This document shows, in pieces, positions 1-9,906 of a stretch of 64,000 nt of DNA. The DNA comes from an uncultured bacterium. GTDB lineage: Bacteria; Acidobacteriota; Thermoanaerobaculia; Multivoradales; J023. The translations under genes and the position numbers were made by a program. The notes under the pieces were generated by a model. That model had not been told where the DNA came from. It did no database searches and was given only the letters and a program-made list of their open reading frames with translations. The stretch is from assembly GCA_937948815.1 (NCBI GenBank), contig CALFAM010000308.1, positions 5,817 to 69,816 on the forward strand, given 5' to 3'. How positions within the stretch are numbered: position 1 is the first letter of the stretch; every line of letters starts with the position of its first letter.

Positions 1-117
1 CGCACCCGGGGCTTCGATGAAGTCGCCTCGTTCGAGATCCCCGACAACATCACCATGGCGGGCAACCGTTTGGCCATCTTCACCACGCCATGGAACCGGC
101 ACCCGATCGCTCCCTAG
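1..117 (+). CDS. 3' end of a gene truncated by the window edge (…RTRGFDEVASFEIPDNITMAGNRLAIFTTPWNRHPIAP*), function unknown
   Basis: Frame +1 is open from base 1 to TAG at 115-117 with GC3-rich codons; convergent with yidD. Confidence 0.5.
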   Translation, partial: RTRGFDEVASFEIPDNITMAGNRLAIFTTPWNRHPIAP

Positions 118-165
118 CGATTTCGGGCTTTCAGCCCCTTTGTCTGTCCGATCGCGCCGACCGGC

Positions 166-510
166 TCAGGGTGGGTCATGGGTGTCGGCAGGGGTCCACG
201 GGCCGCAGCGCAGCACCCGCGTACCGGCCTTGAAGCTGCCGACCAGGGCACCATGCTTGCGGATCACGCCTTCGGCGTAGTGACTACAGGTGGGGTGAAA
301 GCGGCAGGTCGTGCCCGTGCGGGCAAAGGCTTTCGAGAGTGTCGCCTGGTAGGCATCGATCGCCAGCAACGCCGCCCGGGCAGACCACTGGTCCTCCGGG
401 GCGCGACAGAGATCGATCGTCAGAATGAGGAGCAAGGCCAAGACGACGCCGGCGAAGCGGCGCCGGGTACGCGCCGGGAAGGCACGCCCCGAACCGCTTT
501 CGCCGTCCAT
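166..510 (-). CDS. yidD: Membrane protein insertion efficiency factor YidD
   Basis: CRFHPTCSHY…G…RVLRCGPW motif typical of YidD; additional N-terminal hydrophobic helix. Confidence 0.85.
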   Translation of the reverse strand: MDGESGSGRAFPARTRRRFAGVVLALLLILTIDLCRAPEDQWSARAALLAIDAYQATLSKAFARTGTTCRFHPTCSHYAEGVIRKHGALVGSFKAGTRVLRCGPWTPADTHDPP

Positions 511-548
511 CGCTTCTAGACCTTGTCCACTTCGCGACGTGCCCGCTC

Positions 549-992
549 TTAGAACTTGTCGACCAGATCGGTCACCACGGGGAGGCGAAGCCTCTCACCG
601 CCCACGGCTTTCACGATCGCGAAGACGTGAACAGCGAGGATGCCGACCGAAAGGATGAGTGGCCCGAAGCAGCCACCGATCGCCGCCACACAGCCCGTGG
701 GGTCGACCCAGCCGAACATCACGGTGAATGCGATGAAAGCGATCCAGATCGCAAACGACGCCAGCATGAGGATCAAGCCATGCTTGGCATGCCACTGGAC
801 GTCCGCATCGTCCTTTTCGACCAGAAGCGGAATCAGGGCGAGCAGGCCCAGGTACGAGAGAACCAGCATCAGGGTGCGGTTGCTCGACCCACCCGCGCCC
901 GATGAAGGGGGTGGCGGGGTCGATGGTGGTGGCGGTGGTGGTGGTGCCGGCGGCTCTTGAGGCGGCGGCGGAACGTTTGATTCTTGGCTCAT
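549..992 (-). CDS. DUF4870-like small membrane protein with Pro-rich N-terminus
   Basis: Poly-Pro N-terminus, LSYLGLLALIPLL…VQWHAKHGL, three TM segments, terminal RLPVV; ATG at 992 with upstream GAGAGG. Confidence 0.7.
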   Translation of the reverse strand: MSQESNVPPPPQEPPAPPPPPPPSTPPPPSSGAGGSSNRTLMLVLSYLGLLALIPLLVEKDDADVQWHAKHGLILMLASFAIWIAFIAFTVMFGWVDPTGCVAAIGGCFGPLILSVGILAVHVFAIVKAVGGERLRLPVVTDLVDKF

Positions 993-1186
993 GAAGAGGC
1001 CTCTCCAATTCGGTTGGCAACGACACCCAGGCAAGAGAATGGCTGAGAGTGTACCCACATCGAAGGCTAGGTGCCAGTAGCGCTACGTCGCAGCGCCACT
1101 CGGCGACGCTACCCGAGGAGCGCCCATCTTCATGGGGTTTGGGGCCACGTCGCCGCGCTGGTGGGTGGCACGGACGCCAGCGTCGG

Positions 1187-1939
1187 TCAGGGCAATCCCG
1201 GCGGCAGGATCTGCAACGGATCCGTGACCGCGAGAGGGGTCGGTGACCAGAAGGGCTCACCATAGGCTGCGCCGATCATCTGCCCGAAGTGCTGTGCGCG
1301 ACCGACCACGGACGCGGCGAACTCGGCGCTGGCGACCTTGGTCATCGGCTCGGATCGGCCTTTCGCGTCGGCGTTGTGGAACTGGCTCCGGTAGCACGCG
1401 AGCGCGGCCATTTTCTTGGGCCACGCAGCCGTCACGTCGATCACCAGACGTGGCTCGAAGGCATGGTGCTGCATGTAGGAGAGCACGAGCCGTGGGCGAT
1501 GGGGTGTGCCGCGGCCGCGGCGCGCCAGCCCCGCATAGAAGCAGGCATCGACCACCAGACGGTGGGCACGCCCGTGATCAGGGTGCCGGTCAGAAGGCGG
1601 AGGCGCCAGCACCAGACTCGGCCGATGGCGGCGCAGCACGTCGATCAGCGCGTCTTCCTGATCGCGGCCGGTGCGCAGCCCGCCGTCGCCACAGTCGAGA
1701 TAGATCGGATCCGGCGCGCCGAGCGCATGGGCGGCTGCCCGCGCTTCTGCGGCACGCTCTTCGGCTGTTCCGCGGGTGCCGAGCTCACCGCGCGTCAGGT
1801 GGACGATTCCGACCCGGTAGCCGCGCTCCACGCAGCTCGCAACGGTTGCGCCCGCAGAAAGCTCGACATCGTCCGGATGCGCGCCGATGGCCAGCACGTC
1901 CAGGTGGTCTTCCGCGCTCAAGACGGCTTCCTCGCTCAC
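1187..1939 (-). CDS. bshB1: Bacillithiol biosynthesis deacetylase BshB1 (PIG-L/LmbE family)
   Basis: AHPDDVEL, LTRGELGTRG and DRHPDH motifs; 4-nt overlap with bshC. Confidence 0.88.
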   Translation of the reverse strand: MSEEAVLSAEDHLDVLAIGAHPDDVELSAGATVASCVERGYRVGIVHLTRGELGTRGTAEERAAEARAAAHALGAPDPIYLDCGDGGLRTGRDQEDALIDVLRRHRPSLVLAPPPSDRHPDHGRAHRLVVDACFYAGLARRGRGTPHRPRLVLSYMQHHAFEPRLVIDVTAAWPKKMAALACYRSQFHNADAKGRSEPMTKVASAEFAASVVGRAQHFGQMIGAAYGEPFWSPTPLAVTDPLQILPPGLP

Positions 1940-3540
1940 AGGCGCACGACCTGGACGGTACGCGGATCGAGCTCGAGCTGGTCCAGATACGCCTCGCCCA
2001 AGGCCTCGCCATGACGAACCATGAAGTGGGCCACGGCAAGTGTGCGTTCCTGTGCCCGGCCCCCCGGCCAGCAGGATGCACGAATCGACTCCAGGCGCTT
2101 GTGCCAGACCGCATGGCGACGCGCCAGTGCAGCAGCGACCTTGCCGGTCAGCTGCTCGAGAGAGCGGTCGATCTGGGATGCCGTCTTGGTGCGCGGCCCC
2201 TCGAGGGTCGGGTCGATCTGCCGGATCGGTTCCTCGAGGCCAGCGAGAATCTCGGCGATCTTCGCGCGTGCCGGTGTCACCACATCGCCGCCCAGCCGGT
2301 CTGCGATGATCCGGGCGGTGTCAGCCGACTCCAGATCCTTCCACGACAGCCCGAGCTCCGAGAGCTGATCCTCCTGCCGCTTCTCGAGGACCAGCGTCTG
2401 GGGACGCAGCGTGGTCCATGGCGCCGGTATACCGAGCACACGGTACGCAGCCGATGCCTGGGCCATGTAGGCCATCTCAGCCGGGCCGAGAACCTGAAGC
2501 GTCGTACCGAGAACCGCATCCTGCATGGCTGGTCGCGCCAGCACACCCGGCGAGACGACCGCGGGATTCTCTTCGATGGTCTCCAACAGGATCGACACTG
2601 GTTCGGGCGCGTGATCCGCGCCGCGCAGCGTCCAATGGTCCTCGCCGTGCCACAGAATTCGGCGGCGCTCGGTGCCGCGCAAGAGAAAGAGCGGGCTGGC
2701 CCCTGGCTGCGGCGTGACCTGCAGTGGAAGATCGCGATCGCGCACGGCAGCATGGGCTGCTTCCTGGGCCGCGAGCATGGCGTGCCGCTGCTCGACCAGG
2801 GCAGTCAGGTAGGGCCGCTGTGCCTTCTTGAGCTCGGGATCCGTGGCATCGAGCATCAACGGGGCACGCTTGCCGAGCGCCGCCACCATCAGCCGGAAGA
2901 AAGCCTCTCCGAAACGTGCATCCGGGCGATACCACCGTGCGAGCTGTTGCCAGCGCGTCGCCCCGAGGTCGCCCCCGTAGAGCTCGCGTGCCTGATCGAG
3001 GCTGTCGAGAAGCGGTGCGCCAAAGGCCCGCATGCCGACGGGCATCAGGGGCGACGGATCCTCTCCGAGGCCGAACGCCACCGGACCCGCCTTGCCGAGC
3101 AAGGTGGTGCGGCTGGTCTCCTGAAAATCATGGTCCTCATTGGCGACCCAGAAGAGCGCCAGGGCTGGCACGCCGGACGCTTCGAGCGTTTCTGCCCAGC
3201 GAACCGCCGCCGCCATCTTGGCGAAGGACAGAAGCGGGCCGCCAAACAGACCCGGCTGCTGGCCGGTAACCACGATCCGGGTGGTCGGGTCGGCGAGCTT
3301 GTCGGCCAGACGGTGCGCTTCCGGGTGCCCATAGGCAGCATTCGCGGTCGCCAGCGATGCCGCCAGCGCGCTGCGGTCGACCGTCGTTGCAGGCCCCTCG
3401 GGAAGCTCCCCAGGTGGCAAGAAGCGGAGGGGCTCGAGAAGGTCTCGATGCTCGCCGGCAAGCAGGGCAGACGAGAGTACCGGCAGCGACGCGGCTACGG
3501 TGCCTGCCGTCGGGTTCGCGTCAGCTCTTGTGTCCGACAA
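1936..3540 (-). CDS. bshC: Bacillithiol biosynthesis cysteine-adding enzyme BshC (start uncertain, TTG 3540 chosen)
   Basis: VVTGQQPGLFGGPL, FWVANEDHDFQE, SPGVLARP, GPAEMAY and C-terminal QER motifs. Confidence 0.9.
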   Translation of the reverse strand: MSDTRADANPTAGTVAASLPVLSSALLAGEHRDLLEPLRFLPPGELPEGPATTVDRSALAASLATANAAYGHPEAHRLADKLADPTTRIVVTGQQPGLFGGPLLSFAKMAAAVRWAETLEASGVPALALFWVANEDHDFQETSRTTLLGKAGPVAFGLGEDPSPLMPVGMRAFGAPLLDSLDQARELYGGDLGATRWQQLARWYRPDARFGEAFFRLMVAALGKRAPLMLDATDPELKKAQRPYLTALVEQRHAMLAAQEAAHAAVRDRDLPLQVTPQPGASPLFLLRGTERRRILWHGEDHWTLRGADHAPEPVSILLETIEENPAVVSPGVLARPAMQDAVLGTTLQVLGPAEMAYMAQASAAYRVLGIPAPWTTLRPQTLVLEKRQEDQLSELGLSWKDLESADTARIIADRLGGDVVTPARAKIAEILAGLEEPIRQIDPTLEGPRTKTASQIDRSLEQLTGKVAAALARRHAVWHKRLESIRASCWPGGRAQERTLAVAHFMVRHGEALGEAYLDQLELDPRTVQVVRL

Positions 3541-4288
3541 TGATGAGTCGTTCGCTGGTGTCACGCTGGTAAGGCTCCCCGGCGAAGTCGCCGTAGACCG
3601 CATCGGTTTCGAGACCAGCCCAACGCAGGCCGATCGTCACCTCGTCTTCGCTGTAGGCACGCACACTCTCGAGATAGGTTCGCGTGCCGCCAGCTTGATC
3701 CTGCAACCGCATGCGCTTGTTGATGCGCCGGCTCGATTCGTCGTACCAGCGCTCGATCGCAACCTCGCGGCCGGCAATGGTCTGGGTCTCGCGGGCCCGC
3801 AGGTTGGCCAACGCGCGATCGCGATTGAGGAAGTCGATCAGGAACCGCCCGCCGTCGGTCAGCACCCGCGCAATCTCCTCGAGGACCTGGAAATTCTCCC
3901 GCTCACGCTCGAAATAGCCGAAGGAGGTGAAGAAATTCAGGACCCAGTCGAAGGTCTCCGCGGCAAACGGCAGATGGCGCATATCGCCCTCGGCCGAAGG
4001 AACACGCGGCGGATGGTCCAACAAGATCAAGGACAGATCGATTCCAACCGCCGGATAGCCGCGGCGGCGCAGCTCCGCCGTGTGGCGCCCGGCGCCACAC
4101 GCAAGGTCCAAGACCCGCCGCGGACGCCCGTGGCCACCGTCCGGGTCTGGCGCACCGGCCGTGATGGGCGAACCGGGCACCGTCAGGTGCCGGGTCACAA
4201 AGTCGATGTGGCGCTCGGCCTCTGCTGCGTCACGATGCGCATAGAGCTCGAGGTAGTCGTTTCCGAACCATTCGCGGTACCAAGCCAT
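3521..4288 (-). CDS. Class I SAM-dependent methyltransferase, candidate bacillithiol N-methyltransferase (NmbA-like)
   Basis: VLDLACGAGRH motif I, GDMRHLPF, FTSFGYF; first gene of the bshC-bshB1 operon. Confidence 0.8.
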   Translation of the reverse strand: MAWYREWFGNDYLELYAHRDAAEAERHIDFVTRHLTVPGSPITAGAPDPDGGHGRPRRVLDLACGAGRHTAELRRRGYPAVGIDLSLILLDHPPRVPSAEGDMRHLPFAAETFDWVLNFFTSFGYFERERENFQVLEEIARVLTDGGRFLIDFLNRDRALANLRARETQTIAGREVAIERWYDESSRRINKRMRLQDQAGGTRTYLESVRAYSEDEVTIGLRWAGLETDAVYGDFAGEPYQRDTSERLIIVGHKS

Positions 4289-4497
4289 GGTGGCGGGATC
4301 TTAGCCTGCCTGGGCGTCCAGCGATATCGGGCTTGCGAGCGACATGGACGTCCTCCTAGGGAGACAGATCGGCCGTATCGCGCCAGAAAAGGCCTGGTAC
4401 CGCTCTTGCAATCGACCTGCAACAACTCAACAGCGATCCGGCCCGCAAGAGCCATGCCCCAGAACCGACCCTTGGATGGCAACGGTACGATGAAGCC

Positions 4498-6318
4498 ATG
4501 ATCTCCCTTCCGCGGACGCGCTTCCCCCTGTGGACCGACTTGCACACACCGACCCAGCAAGGGCGAGGCGAGCACCTCGACGCCTTTGCGACGCTTGCCG
4601 TGGGTGGGTTGCTCAGCGCCTTACTCGCGCTCGGCGCGCCCAGTCACGCCCAGACACCACGCAACGACGAGACCTTCGACGACAACGTCATGGTCTTGGA
4701 GGTCGAAGTGCCTGTTCGGGTCTTGCGCGCCGGCGTACCGGTGCCGGGCCTGAGTGCAGAGGACTTCGTGCTGCTCGACCGCGGTCAGCAGCAGACGATC
4801 ACCGGCTTCGAGGTCCAGGACATCCGCGAAGAGCGCTTGGCCATGGTCGAAACCGGGCGTCCGACATCCGACGTCGCGCCCCAGATCGCGCCTGGTGCCA
4901 CGAACGTCTCGCGCGCCAGCCGGCGCAACCAGCTCGTGATCTTCGACCTCAACCAGCTCGGATCGCGCGCGTTCCTGCGCGCCCGCCCGCGACTCGATGC
5001 GTGGCTCTCTCGCCCCTTCGCACCCGTCGATCGCGTGGCCTTCGCCTTGTTCGGAAGCGCCGACGGTCGCACCCCCCGGGACAAGAGTGTGCGCCTTCTG
5101 ACGCCGTTCACGGCGGACCGCGCGCAGCTACGCCACGCGCTCGACGTGGTCGCCAGCGTTTACCAGCTCAAACCGCAGAAGACCGAGCAAGCGCTCGCCG
5201 CGCTCCGCACCTATGCTTCACGCACAGAGTCCAAAGCCGAGATGCGCGCGACCATTCGCGAGCTGGGCCTGCCGGTCGCGCTTTCCTTGCTCGGCACCCC
5301 ACACGGAGAGTCGAGCTCCCTCGGACGACTGGGTGATCAGCGTTTCACCAAGGGGCTGGCGGAGCGCGAATCGTTCCGCGCCGTGCAGGACGGGCGCGGC
5401 ATCTTTGGCGACGCCGACTTCGTGATCTCCTCGGGCTCTCCCGAGAGCCGCTTGCGATGGCTGGCCCTGGCCATGGCGGAAGTGGTGACATTGTTGGCCG
5501 ATCTCGAAGGCCAGAACCACATCGTCTTGATGAGCGAGCCCGGCTATCCGACCGTCGAGGACAGCAACACGACCGAACGGCTCGAGCCCATGCACAACGC
5601 CTTTCGGCGCAGCGGCTGGACATTCCACGCCATCGATGCGAGCGGCGTCGGCTTCCGCGGGGATACGCTCTTCTACATGGCGAACGAAACCGGTGGCGAG
5701 TTGCTCGAGAATCAGCTCGAGATCGATGGCGCGCTCGATCGGCTATCGGCGCGGACCGACGTGACGTACCGCCTGACTTTCCAGCCCACGGATCTCGGGG
5801 ACCCCGGCTCGTACCACCGGCTCAAGGTTCGCCTGGCGCAAGGAGACGGGCCACGGGTGACGGTCCAGCACCGGCAGGGCTACTATGCACCGCGCCCGGA
5901 TGGCGAGATCGTCCGAGAAGAGGACTGGTTTTCGCTCGAAGCACTCCTTCTCGAGGGCCGCCTGCTCAACGAAGACGTCATCCGCATCGACGCGGAAGCA
6001 ACGCCCCAGGATGGCAAGACCGCGCTCGCCATTGAGGTCGACACCGCCCGGTTGCTCGCCGGGCATCGCGATCGCGCGACCCTCGAGCTCACCGTGCTGG
6101 CCGTGAACCGATCCGGTGAGATCGCTGCCCGGCACGAACGCACGATCGTGGATGCCGAGGCTGGCGAGCCAATCCGCGAGACCGTCCGGCTGGCGCTGGG
6201 CGCTGAGCGCTACCGCGTGCGAATCCTGGTTCGCGGCGACGCCACTGGCGCCCTCGCGCTCGCCTCGAAAGATCTCGACCTGAGCTCCAAGGGCGGCAAG
6301 CGACGGAGGGGTACGTGA
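4498..6318 (+). CDS. Exported VWA-domain protein, acidobacterial VWFA-related type
   Basis: Signal-like hydrophobic segment; VEVPVRV…PVPGLSAEDFVLLDRG; MANETGG; Y.L.F.P…YHRLKVRL…HRQGYYAP. Confidence 0.8.
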   Translation: MISLPRTRFPLWTDLHTPTQQGRGEHLDAFATLAVGGLLSALLALGAPSHAQTPRNDETFDDNVMVLEVEVPVRVLRAGVPVPGLSAEDFVLLDRGQQQTITGFEVQDIREERLAMVETGRPTSDVAPQIAPGATNVSRASRRNQLVIFDLNQLGSRAFLRARPRLDAWLSRPFAPVDRVAFALFGSADGRTPRDKSVRLLTPFTADRAQLRHALDVVASVYQLKPQKTEQALAALRTYASRTESKAEMRATIRELGLPVALSLLGTPHGESSSLGRLGDQRFTKGLAERESFRAVQDGRGIFGDADFVISSGSPESRLRWLALAMAEVVTLLADLEGQNHIVLMSEPGYPTVEDSNTTERLEPMHNAFRRSGWTFHAIDASGVGFRGDTLFYMANETGGELLENQLEIDGALDRLSARTDVTYRLTFQPTDLGDPGSYHRLKVRLAQGDGPRVTVQHRQGYYAPRPDGEIVREEDWFSLEALLLEGRLLNEDVIRIDAEATPQDGKTALAIEVDTARLLAGHRDRATLELTVLAVNRSGEIAARHERTIVDAEAGEPIRETVRLALGAERYRVRILVRGDATGALALASKDLDLSSKGGKRRRGT

Positions 6319-8147
6319 GCCGCCGGGAAGCACCACTGGATCCGTCGGTCCGTCGCAGGCTGGCCACCTGGGGCCTGACCATCGCGGTGGGCGTCGGCCA
6401 GCTGACCGCCACCGCTGCTACCAGCCAGCAGGGAAACAAGACCTTTCGCGACGCGGTCGAGGTGACCGAGGTACCGGTGGCGGTTTGGGTGTTCAAGAAA
6501 GGTGCCCCGGTACGTGACCTGAGCGTGGAGGACTTTCTTCTCTTCGATCGGGGCAAGCCGCAAGAAATTCTCAGCTGCGAACGTATCGAGCGCATCGAAG
6601 GTGCCGGTGCTCTGGAGGGCGACACGACGGCTGTGGCGCTCAGCACCGAGATCGCGGACACAGCCGTCGATCCGGCGGCTGCAACGCAGCGTTCGGGCAT
6701 CGAGCTGAGTGGCGGCGAGCCCATCATGGATGCGTCGGCCCGGCGCAACTTTCTCGTGCTCTTCGACCTCCACCGGCTCGGCGGCAACCTGGCGATCCAG
6801 GCCGTCGAGAGTATGCGGGCGCAGCTTGCCCAGCCGCTGCCGGCGGGTGACCGCTGGGGGGTGGCGGTCCACGGCGTGTCGGTTCGGGGCGATCGCAACA
6901 TGAGCGCGCGCCTGCTGCTCGGCTTCACCAATGACCGTGACCGGTTGGGCAGGGCGTTCGACGCCGTCGATGCCCTGATCGAGAACCGCCCGCTGCGAAC
7001 GGCGGCGATTCTCAACGATCTCTCGGGTGGCGTGGCCGGCGCCTTGCGCGGCAGCCGATCGTCCGAAGCCTTCGACGGCGTCAGCCGGTCCGCCGCCCTG
7101 ACCTTGCTGGCGACCGGTGCCAGGCGTGGCGCCCAGACGGGCCGATTCGACGTTGGCGTACCCCTCGGTTGGCTCGGTGTCGAAGCACCTGACGGCTTCG
7201 ATCGTGACGCCGAGGAAGGGTGGTTCGGCAAGAGCTCCCGCTTGAAGGTCTCGGCCGGATCGAGCGCCAGCCTCCTGCGCTGGTTCGCGCTTTCCATGGC
7301 CGACCTGGTCACCTTCCTGCGTGACGTACCCGGTGAGAACCATCTGCTCCTGCTGTCTCCAGGCGGCTATGGGCAGCTCCAGGACAGCTTCACCACCGCA
7401 CGCATGAAGCCCATGCTGGCCGCGTTTCGGCGTACTGGCTGGACCTTCCAGGCCATCGACGTGACCGGGCGAGGCTTCCGCGCGAACGACATGTTCTACA
7501 TGGCCAACGAGACCGGCGGCACCCTGGTGGAAAATGTGCGCAGCGTCGAGGAGAGCTTCGCCCGCATCCGTGAGCAAACGAGTGTCACCTATTTGCTCAG
7601 CTTCCGGCCGTCGAAGATCAAGGCAGACGGTGCCTTTCACAAACTCGAGGTCAAGCTGCGCGACAAGTCGTTGGCCGACCGGATTCGGCATCGCGCGGGC
7701 TATTTCGCGCCTTCGCCAGCGGGTGAGGGCGATGCGCTCGAAGCACGCATGCGCATGATGGAGGCGGTCCTCGGGGAGGAAGAGTGGCGCGAGATCGAGG
7801 TCGAGGTCGGTGTTTCACCGGCCACGCGACGCGGTGACGCCTGGGTCGTCCCGGTCGCCGTCGCGGTCGACAGCCCAACACTGCTCGAAGGCCATGAACG
7901 GGCCGAGCTCGAGGTCAAGATCGAAGGCTATGCCCTCGACGCCGGTGGTGGCGTCACCGACCTCTTCGTCGACGACGCCACCATCGACTTGGCGGCGGTC
8001 GGCTGGCTGGCTGGCAATCGCCTGCGCCTGGCGCGTGAGCTCACATTGCCATCCGGCACCTACCGACTGCGGCTCTGGGTCGAGAATGCGACGACCGGCC
8101 GATCGTCGCTGACGACGACGACCATCTCGGTATCCGACGGCCTCTGA
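6315..8147 (+). CDS. Exported VWA-domain protein, paralog of the upstream gene
   Basis: Same motif series (PVRDLSVEDFLLFDRG, FYMANETGG, FHKLEVKL…HRAGYFAP); GTGA overlap with the upstream stop. Confidence 0.8.
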   Translation: MSRREAPLDPSVRRRLATWGLTIAVGVGQLTATAATSQQGNKTFRDAVEVTEVPVAVWVFKKGAPVRDLSVEDFLLFDRGKPQEILSCERIERIEGAGALEGDTTAVALSTEIADTAVDPAAATQRSGIELSGGEPIMDASARRNFLVLFDLHRLGGNLAIQAVESMRAQLAQPLPAGDRWGVAVHGVSVRGDRNMSARLLLGFTNDRDRLGRAFDAVDALIENRPLRTAAILNDLSGGVAGALRGSRSSEAFDGVSRSAALTLLATGARRGAQTGRFDVGVPLGWLGVEAPDGFDRDAEEGWFGKSSRLKVSAGSSASLLRWFALSMADLVTFLRDVPGENHLLLLSPGGYGQLQDSFTTARMKPMLAAFRRTGWTFQAIDVTGRGFRANDMFYMANETGGTLVENVRSVEESFARIREQTSVTYLLSFRPSKIKADGAFHKLEVKLRDKSLADRIRHRAGYFAPSPAGEGDALEARMRMMEAVLGEEEWREIEVEVGVSPATRRGDAWVVPVAVAVDSPTLLEGHERAELEVKIEGYALDAGGGVTDLFVDDATIDLAAVGWLAGNRLRLARELTLPSGTYRLRLWVENATTGRSSLTTTTISVSDGL

Positions 8148-8205
8148 GCCCACCCTTCTCGCGATGCCCGCGAGCCGAGTCCGTGTGCCGACGCGCCGCG
8201 TTTCG

Positions 8206-8211
8206 TAGAAT
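8206..8211 (+). promoter_or_regulatory. -10 box TAGAAT 6 nt before the dusB GTG (leaderless-type promoter)
   Basis: TAGAAT-ggctgc-GTG, no SD. Confidence 0.6.
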
Positions 8212-8217
8212 GGCTGC

Positions 8218-9249
8218 GTGATGCGCGTCTCTCCCCTTCAGATCGGCTCGCTCTCCATCGATCCGCCCTTGATCCTGGCGCCGATGGCGGGTGTCACCGA
8301 TCGCGACTTTCGGCTGATCGTTCGCCGTATCGGCGGTGTCGGTCTGGTCACCATGGAGTTCATCTCCTCGAAGGGGCTGGTCGAACAGGACAAGCGCGTC
8401 CTGCGACTGCTCCATTTCGTCGAAGAAGAACGCCCTCTGTCGATCCAGATCTACGGCTCTGATCCAGCGACCATGGCGGAAGCCGCGCGCACCGTCGAGG
8501 CGATCGGCGCGGACGTCTGCGACATCAACATGGGCTGCCCGGCGAACAAGATCCTGAAAGGCTGCGCGGGTGCCGGCCTGATGAACGATCTGCCGCTGGC
8601 CGAGGCGATCATCCGCGAGGTCCGTGCAGCCATTCGCATTCCGCTCACCGTCAAGTTCCGACTCGGCCTCCGCGATGGGCGCCACAACTACCTCGAGCTG
8701 GGGCGAATCTGCCAAAACGAAGGCGTCGACGCGGTCGCGATGCATGCCCGCACCGCCAAGCAGATGTACCGCGGGGAAGCGACCTGGGAGCACGTCGGCC
8801 GCCTCAAGGAGGCACTGAGCATCCCGGTACTCGGCAACGGCGACGTGCGCACCGCGGACGATGCGCTCCGCATGCTGCGCGAAACTGGCTGCGACGGCGT
8901 GCTCGTCGGCCGCGGCGCGACGCGCAATCCGTGGGTCTTCCGCGAAATCGCCGCCGCGCTCTCCGAAGGGCGCGTTCAGCCGCCGAGCCTGGCCGATCGC
9001 CGCGATTTGATCGTCGAGCACTTTCGCGCCGTGATCGCGCGCGACGACGACAAGCTCGCGCTGCACAAGGCGCGGACCTTCACCCATTGGTACAGCCATG
9101 GCCTGCCTGGCGGCCTGGCGCTCCGTCGTCAGCTCGGCACCGCGACGTCCGCGGAGATGATCGTCGAGGCGGTCCGGGCCCACTTTGCCGGATTGGAAGC
9201 ATCACCAGCCTCGCCTTCCTCGCTCGAGAGCGACGAAGCTGCGGCATGA
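8218..9249 (+). CDS. dusB: tRNA-dihydrouridine synthase DusB
   Basis: LAPMAGVTD, DINMGCP, HART and GNGDV motifs. Confidence 0.92.
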   Translation: MMRVSPLQIGSLSIDPPLILAPMAGVTDRDFRLIVRRIGGVGLVTMEFISSKGLVEQDKRVLRLLHFVEEERPLSIQIYGSDPATMAEAARTVEAIGADVCDINMGCPANKILKGCAGAGLMNDLPLAEAIIREVRAAIRIPLTVKFRLGLRDGRHNYLELGRICQNEGVDAVAMHARTAKQMYRGEATWEHVGRLKEALSIPVLGNGDVRTADDALRMLRETGCDGVLVGRGATRNPWVFREIAAALSEGRVQPPSLADRRDLIVEHFRAVIARDDDKLALHKARTFTHWYSHGLPGGLALRRQLGTATSAEMIVEAVRAHFAGLEASPASPSSLESDEAAA

Positions 9250-9262
9250 GCAGAGAGGTGGC

Positions 9263-9766
9263 ATGAGCAAACCCAAGCCAAACGACCGTGTCACGGTCCG
9301 TGAGCAAGGGGGAACCCGGACCTACGATGTTTCTCTCGACGTGTCGCCATCCGATGGCCTGGTGCGTCTGGACGCCTTGGCGGAAGCATGGGGGGCGCAA
9401 TGGCGGCCAGAGGGCACGGGGGGCGGCCACCTGACGCTGCCGGTTCGGGCTGGTGTCCGCCGCGGGATGGTCGCCGGCACGGTCTCGGTCCACGAGGCCC
9501 ACGGTGGCAGCCGCCTCCAATTCGATGTCGAAGAAGCCTTCTACCGGGTTCAATACGCCGCCTTCTTTCTTCTGACACTCGGCGCCTTTGGCGGCCTGAC
9601 GACCGTGGTGGCGCCCTTCAAACCAGCCATTCTGCCCATCGTCCCGATCGGCCTCATGCTGGCGGTCGCTTCCTGGTTCCTGATCGTGGCGCGCCTGACC
9701 AATAGTGGCGCCGAGGAGTTCTTCGGCGAGCTTGCCACGGTCGAAGACCGCGTCGAGACGGAATAG
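9263..9766 (+). CDS. Hypothetical membrane protein (two C-terminal TM helices)
   Basis: ATG 9263 with GAGGTG SD; GC3-rich codons; hydrophobic C-terminal half. Confidence 0.6.
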   Translation: MSKPKPNDRVTVREQGGTRTYDVSLDVSPSDGLVRLDALAEAWGAQWRPEGTGGGHLTLPVRAGVRRGMVAGTVSVHEAHGGSRLQFDVEEAFYRVQYAAFFLLTLGAFGGLTTVVAPFKPAILPIVPIGLMLAVASWFLIVARLTNSGAEEFFGELATVEDRVETE

Positions 9767-9906
9767 ACCGGCTCTCGATATCGTTGTAGTCTTCAGCGCC
9801 CCTGTTCAGCCGTTTGCACGCGCTTACGCGCACCCTCGGCAGCGCAGGAGGCACCGCAGGCTCGCAGCCTGCGTACCGAGCTCGCTCGGGGGTTCTTTGG
9901 CAACTT

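Noticed and set aside
1243-3543. Long antisense or alternative-frame ORFs (e.g. 766 aa at 1243-3543, 637 aa at 16588-18501, 553 aa at 35643-37304, 534 aa at 44980-46584, 533 aa at 56324-57925)
   Set aside because: They shadow well-supported genes, have Arg/Ala/Pro-rich composition without motifs, and are expected in high-GC DNA
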